Assembly (NCBI RefSeq): GCF_009914755.1
Contig: NC_060925.1
From: the human T2T-CHM13v2.0 reference genome, Homo sapiens
Length of the DNA stretch: 64,000 bases
Reading direction: 5' to 3' (one strand)
The notes under the pieces are model-generated. The model saw nothing but the letters and a program-made list of their open reading frames with translations, had not been told where the DNA came from and made no database searches. Positions 58,275 through 64,000 of this stretch are shown here, in pieces. Numbering within the stretch: position 1 is the first letter of the stretch; each line of letters begins with the position of its first letter. The position numbers and the translations under genes were made by a program.

Positions 58275-61200
58275 AAGAAAATGAAATGGATGGACTCATC
58301 ATCGAATGGATTCGAATGGAATCATCGAATAAAATTGATTGAAATCATCATCCAATGGAATCGAATGGTATCATTGAATGGAATCGAATGGAATCATCAT
58401 CAGATGGAAATGAATGGAATCGTCATAGAATGGAATCGAATGGATTCATTGAATGGAATCAGATGGAATCATTGAATGGACTGGAATGGAATCTTTGAAT
58501 GGACACGAAAGGGATCATTATTGAATGGAATTGAATGGAATCATCGAATGGTCTCGATTGGAATCATTATCAAAAGGAATCGAATGGAATCACCGAATAG
58601 AATCGAATGGAACAATCATCGAATGGACTCAAATGGAATTATCCTCCAATGGAATGGAATGGAATTATCGAATGCAATCGAATGGAATTATCGAATGCAA
58701 TCGAATAGAATCATCGAATGGACTCGAATGGAATCATCGAATGGAATGGAATGGAACAGTCAATGAACTCGAATGGAATCATCATTGAATGGAATCGAAT
58801 GGAATCATCGAGTGGAATCGAATGGAATTATGATCAAATGGAATCTAATGGAATCATCATCAAATGGAATCAAAAATAACCATCATCAATTGGTATTGAA
58901 TGGAATTGTCATCAAATGGAATTCAAAGGAATCATCATCAAATGGAACCGAATGGAATCCTCATTGAATGGAAATGAAAGGGGTCATCATCTAATGGAAT
59001 CGCATGGAATCATCATCAAATGGAATCGAATGGAATCATCATCAAATGGAATCTAATGGAATCATTGAACAGAATTGAATGGAATCATCATCGAATGAAT
59101 TGAATGCAATCATCGAATGGTCTCGAATGGAATCATCTTCTAATGGAAAGGAATGGAATCATCGCATAGAATCGAATGGAATTATCATCGAATGGAATCG
59201 AATGGTATCAACACCAAACGGAAAAAAACGGAATTATCGAATGGAATCGAAGAGAATCTTCGAACGGACCCGAATGGAATCATCTAATGGAATGGAATGG
59301 AATAATCCATGGACTCGAATGCAATCATCATCGAATGGAATCGAATGGAGTCATCGAATGGACTCGAATGGAATAATCATTGAACGGAATCGAATGGAAT
59401 CATCATCGGATGGAAACGAATGGAATCATCATCGAATGGAAATGAAAGGAGTCATCATCTAATGGAATTGCATGGAATCATCATAAAATGGAATCGAATG
59501 GAATCAACATCAAATGGAATCAAATGGAATCATTGAACGGAATTGAATGGAATCGTCATCGAATGAATTGACTGCAATCATCGAATGGTCTCGAATGGAA
59601 TCATCTTCAAATGGAATGGAATGGAATCATCGCATAGAATCGAATGGAATTATCATCGAATGGAATCGAATGGAATCAACATCAAACGGAAAAAAACAGA
59701 ATTATCGTATGGAATCTAAGAGAATCATCGAATGGACCCGAATGGAATCATCTAATGGAATGGAATGGAATAATCCATGGACTCGAATGCAATCATCATC
59801 GAATGGAATCGAATGGAATCATCGAATGGACTCGAATGGAATAATCATTGAACGGAATCGAATGGAATCATCATCGGATGGAAATGAATGGAATCATCAT
59901 CGAATGGAATCGAATAGAATTATGGAATGAAATCCAGTGTGATCATCATCGAATGGACCCGAATGGAATCATCATCCAACGGAAGCTAATGGAATCAACA
60001 TCGAATGAATCGAATGGAAACACCATCGAATTGAAACGAATGGAATTATCATGAAATTGAAATGGATGGACACATCATCGAATGGATTCGAATGGAATCA
60101 TCGAATAAAATTGATTGAAATCATCATCAAATGGAATCGAATGGTATCATTGAATGGAATCGAAGGGAATCATCATCAGATGGAAATGAATGGAATCGTC
60201 ATAGAATGGAATCGAATGGATTCATTGAATGGAATCAGATGGAATCATCGAATGGACTGGAATGGAATCATTGAATGGACTCGAAAGGGATCATTATTGA
60301 ATGGAATTGAATGGAATCATCGAATGGTCTCGATTGGAATCATTATCAAATGGAATCGAATGGAATCACCGAATAGAATCGAATGGAACAATCATCGAAT
60401 GGACTCAAATGGAATTATCCTCAAATGGAATCGAATGGAATTATCGAATGCAATCGAATGGAATTATCGAATGCAATCGAATAGAATCATCGAATGGACT
60501 CGAATGGAATCATCGAATGGAATGGAATGGAACAGTCAATGAACTCGAATGGAATCATCATTGAATGGAATCGAATGGAATCATCGAGTGGAATCGAATG
60601 GAATTATGATCAAATGGAATCGAATGTAATCATCATCAAATGGAATCAAAAATAACCATCATCAATTGGTATTGAATGGAATTGTCATCAAATGGAATTC
60701 AAAGGAATCATCATCAAATGGAACCGAATGGAATCCTCATTGAATGGAAATGAAAGGGGTCATCATCTAATGGAATCGCATGGAATCATCATCAAATGGA
60801 ATCGAATGGAATCATCATCAAATGGAATCTAATGGGATCATTGAACAGAATTGAATGGAATCGTCATCGAATGAATTGAATGCAATCATCTAATGGTCTC
60901 GAATGGAATCATCTTCTAATGGAAAGGAATGGAATCATCGCATAGAATCGAATGGAATTATCATCGAATGGAATCGAATGGTATCAACACCAAACGGAAA
61001 AAAACGGAATTATCGAATGGAATCGAAGAGAATCTTCGAACGGACCCGAATGGAATCATCTAATGGAATGGAATGGAATAATCCATGGACTCGAATGCAA
61101 TCATCATCGAATGGAATCGAATGGAATCATCGAATGGACTCGAATGGAATAATCATTGAACGGAATCGAATGGAATCATCATTGGATGGAAATGAATGGA

Positions 61201-64000
61201 ATCATCATCGAAGGGAAATGAAAGGAGTCATCATCTAATGGAATTGCATGGAATCATCATAAAATGGAATCGAATGGAATCAACATCAAATGGAATCAAA
61301 TGGAATCATTGAACGGAATTGAATGGAATCGTCATCGAATGAATTGACTGCAATCATCGAATGGTCTCGAATGGAATCATCTTCAAATGGAATGGAATGG
61401 AATCATCGCATAGAATCGAATGGAATTATCATCGAATGGAATCGAATGGAATCAACATCAAACGGAAAAAAACGGAATTATCGAATGGAATCGAAGAGAA
61501 TCATCGAATGGACCCGAATGGAATCATCTAATGGAATGGAATGGAATAATCCATGGACTCGAATGCAATCATCATCGAATGGAATCGAATGGAATCATCG
61601 AATGGACTCGAATGGAATAATCATTGAACGGAATCGAATGGAATCATCATCGGATGGAAATGAATGGAATCATCATCGAATGGAATCGAATAGAATTATG
61701 GAATGAAATCCAGTGTGATCATCATCGAATGGACCCGAATGGAATCATCATCCAACGGAAGCTAATGGAATCAACATCGAATGAATCGAATGGAAACACC
61801 ATCGAATTGAAACGAATGGAATTATCATGAAATTGAAATGGATGGACTCATCATCGAATGGATTCGAATGGAATCATCGAATAAAATTGATTGAAATCAT
61901 CATCGAATGGAATCGAATGGTATCATTGAATGGAATCGAATGGAATCATCATCAGATGGAAATGAATGGAATCGTCATAGAATGGAATCGAATGGATTCA
62001 TTGAATGGAATCAGATGGAATCATCGAATGGACTGGAATGGAATCATTGAATGGACTCGAAAGGGATCATTATTGAATGGAATTGAATGGAATCATCGAA
62101 TGGTCTCGATTGGAATCATTACCAAATGGAATCGAATGGAATCACCGAATAGAATCGAATGGAACAATCATCGAATGGACTCAAATGGAATTATCCTCAA
62201 ATGGAATCGAATGGAATTATCGAATGCAATCGAATGGAATTATCGAATGCAATCGAATAGAATCATCGAAAGGACTCGAATGGAATCATCGAATGGAATG
62301 GAATGGAACAGTCAATGAACTCGAATGGAATCATCATTGAATGGAATCATCGAGTGGAATCGAATGGAATTATGATCAAATGGAATCGAATGTAATCATC
62401 ATCAAATGGAATCAAAAATAACCATCATCAATTGGTATTGAATGGAATTGTCATCAAATGGAATTCAAAGGAATCATCATCAAATGGAACCGAATGGAAT
62501 CCTCATTGAATGGAAATGAAAGGGGTCATCATCTAATGGAATCGCATGGAATCATCATCAAATGGAATCGAATGGAATCATCATCAAATGGAATCTAATG
62601 GAATCATTGAACAGAATTGAATGGAATCGTCATCGAATGAATTGAATGCAATCATCGAATGGTCTCGAATGGAATCATCTTCTAATGGAAAGGAATGGAA
62701 TCATCGCATAGAATCGAATGGAATTATCATCGAATGGAATCGAATGGTATCAACACCAAACGGAAAAAAACGGAATTATCGAATGGAATCGAAGAGAATC
62801 TTCGAACGGACCCGAATGGAATCATCTAATGGAATGGAATGGAATAATCCATGGACTCGAATGCAATCATCATCGAATGGAATGGAATGGAATCATCGAA
62901 TGGACTCAAATGGAATAATCATTGAACGGAATCGAATGGAATCATCATCGGATGGAAACGAATGGAATCATCATCGAATGGAAATGAAAGGAGTCATCAT
63001 CTAATGGAATTGCATGGAATCATCATAAAATGGAATCGAATGGAATCAACATCAAATGGAATCAAATGGAATCATTGAACGGAATTGAATGGAATCGTCA
63101 TCGAATGAATTGACTGCAATCATCGAATGTTCTCGAATGGAATCATCTTCAAATGGAATGGAATGGAATCATCGCATAGAATCGAATGGAATTATCATCG
63201 AATGGAATCGAATGGAATCAACATCAAACGGAGAAAAACGCAATTATCGAATGGAATCGAAGAGAATCATCGAATGGACCCGAATGGAATCATCTAATGG
63301 AATGGAATGGAATAATCCATGGACTCGAATGCAATCATCATCGAATGGAATCGAATGGAATCATCGAATGGACTCGAATGGAATAATCATTGAACGGAAT
63401 CGAATGGAATCATCATCGGATGGAAATGAATGGAATCATCATCGAATGGAATCGAATAGAATTATGGAATGAAATCCAGTGTGATCATCATCGAATGGAC
63501 CCGAATGGAATCATCATCCAACGGAAGCTAATGGAATCAACATCGAATGAATCGAATGGAAACACCATCGAATTGAAACGAATGGAATTATCATGAAATT
63601 GAAATGGATGGACTCATCATCGAATGGAATCGAATGGAATCATCGAATAAAATTGATTGAAATCATCATCGAATGGAATCGAATGGTATCATTGAATGGA
63701 ATCGAATGGAATCATCATCAGATGGAAATGAATGGAATCGTCATAGAATGGAATCGAATGGATTCATTGAATGGAATCAGATGGAATCATCGAATGGACT
63801 GGAATGGAATCATTGAATGGACTCGAAAGGGATCATGATTGAATGGAATTGAATGGAATCATCGAATGGTCTCGATTGGAATCATTATCAAATGGAATCG
63901 AATGGAATCACCGAATAGAATCGAATGGAACAATCATCGAATGGACTCAAATGGAATTATCCTCAAATGGAATCGAATGGAATTATCGAATGCAATCGAA

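Larger units (their letters stand above)
1..64000 (+). repeat. Human satellite 2 (HSat2/HSATII) array, 1,776-bp monomer (pUC1.77/D1Z1-like, HSat2A2; most likely chr1q12 pericentromeric heterochromatin)
   Basis: Continuous diverged GGAAT/CGAAT pentamers with ATC(ATC) spacers (reverse complement CATTCGATTC, the HSat2 signature) run end to end. The landmark ATGAAATTGAAATGGATGG (or a point variant) recurs 35 times (482, 2258, 4649, 6422, 8198 ... 61827, 63593), and 23 of 34 intervals are exactly 1,776 bp. There is one GAATTC per canonical monomer (e.g. 1126-1131). Family identity is strong; the chr1q12 location is inferred from the known 1.77-kb EcoRI period. Confidence 0.96.

Noticed and set aside
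26-63838. Roughly 200 short + strand ORFs (61-163 aa; MESSSNG.., MKLKWMD.., MELSSNG..)
   Set aside because: They are low-complexity translations of GGAAT/ATC repeats (MEWNGIIE). They overlap in several frames, recur with the monomer period, and are broken at random by SNPs (e.g. TTA/TGA toggles the 163-aa and 81-aa forms). There is no domain, codon or splice evidence. Similar database 'hypothetical proteins' would reflect human satellite contamination.
1-64000. ORFs only on the + strand, suggesting coding strand bias
   Set aside because: This is explained by composition: ATCATC on + reads GATGAT on the minus strand, so TGA stops are frequent in all minus frames.
1-64000. CRISPR-like or other repeat-spacer array
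   Set aside because: There are no unique spacers, leader or cas genes. All intervening sequence is itself periodic satellite.
1-64000. HSat3 (DYZ1, 9q12), alpha satellite, telomeric repeat, or chr16 HSat2B identity
   Set aside because: There are no long pure (GGAAT)n runs (about three units at most), no 171-bp monomer, and no TTAGGG. The fundamental period is 1,776 bp rather than ~3.56 kb (DYZ1) or ~6.1 kb (chr16).
1-64000. Inversion or strand switch within the array
   Set aside because: I found no CATTC-oriented stretch on the + strand. All 35 landmarks have the same orientation and every interval is accounted for.
1-64000. A previously undescribed biological system encoded here
   Set aside because: Every base appears attributable to a well-known human satellite family. 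Only its recombination and duplication architecture is potentially undocumented, and no functional novelty can be supported from the sequence.

Overview
The whole 64 kb is one uninterrupted, single-orientation array of human classical satellite 2 (HSat2/HSATII). It is a diverged (GGAAT)n sequence dominated by GAATGGAATC(ATC)ATCGAATGGAATC 23/26-bp elements, with the purine-rich strand on +. It is organised as about 35 copies of a 1,776-bp monomer carrying one EcoRI site, which matches the 1.77-kb pUC1.77/D1Z1 (HSat2A2-type) repeat of chromosome 1q12 pericentromeric heterochromatin. That chromosomal assignment comes from prior knowledge, not from an alignment. Each monomer is two 468-bp sub-copies (A and B) plus an 840-bp unique part. 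Of 34 monomer intervals, 23 are exactly 1,776 bp. The others carry structural variants: three copies of a divergent 615-bp module, two 595-bp and one 670-bp chimeric truncations, A/B fusions giving 1,308-bp monomers, and small deletions. Shared SNP haplotypes reveal duplicated blocks at offsets of 3,552, 8,880, 18.5-20.7 kb and 37-39 kb. I found no genes, RNA genes, transposons, CRISPR arrays or inversions, and all ORFs in the track are satellite translation artefacts. I see no evidence of a new coding or defence system. The real signal is the array's internal recombination and evolution architecture.
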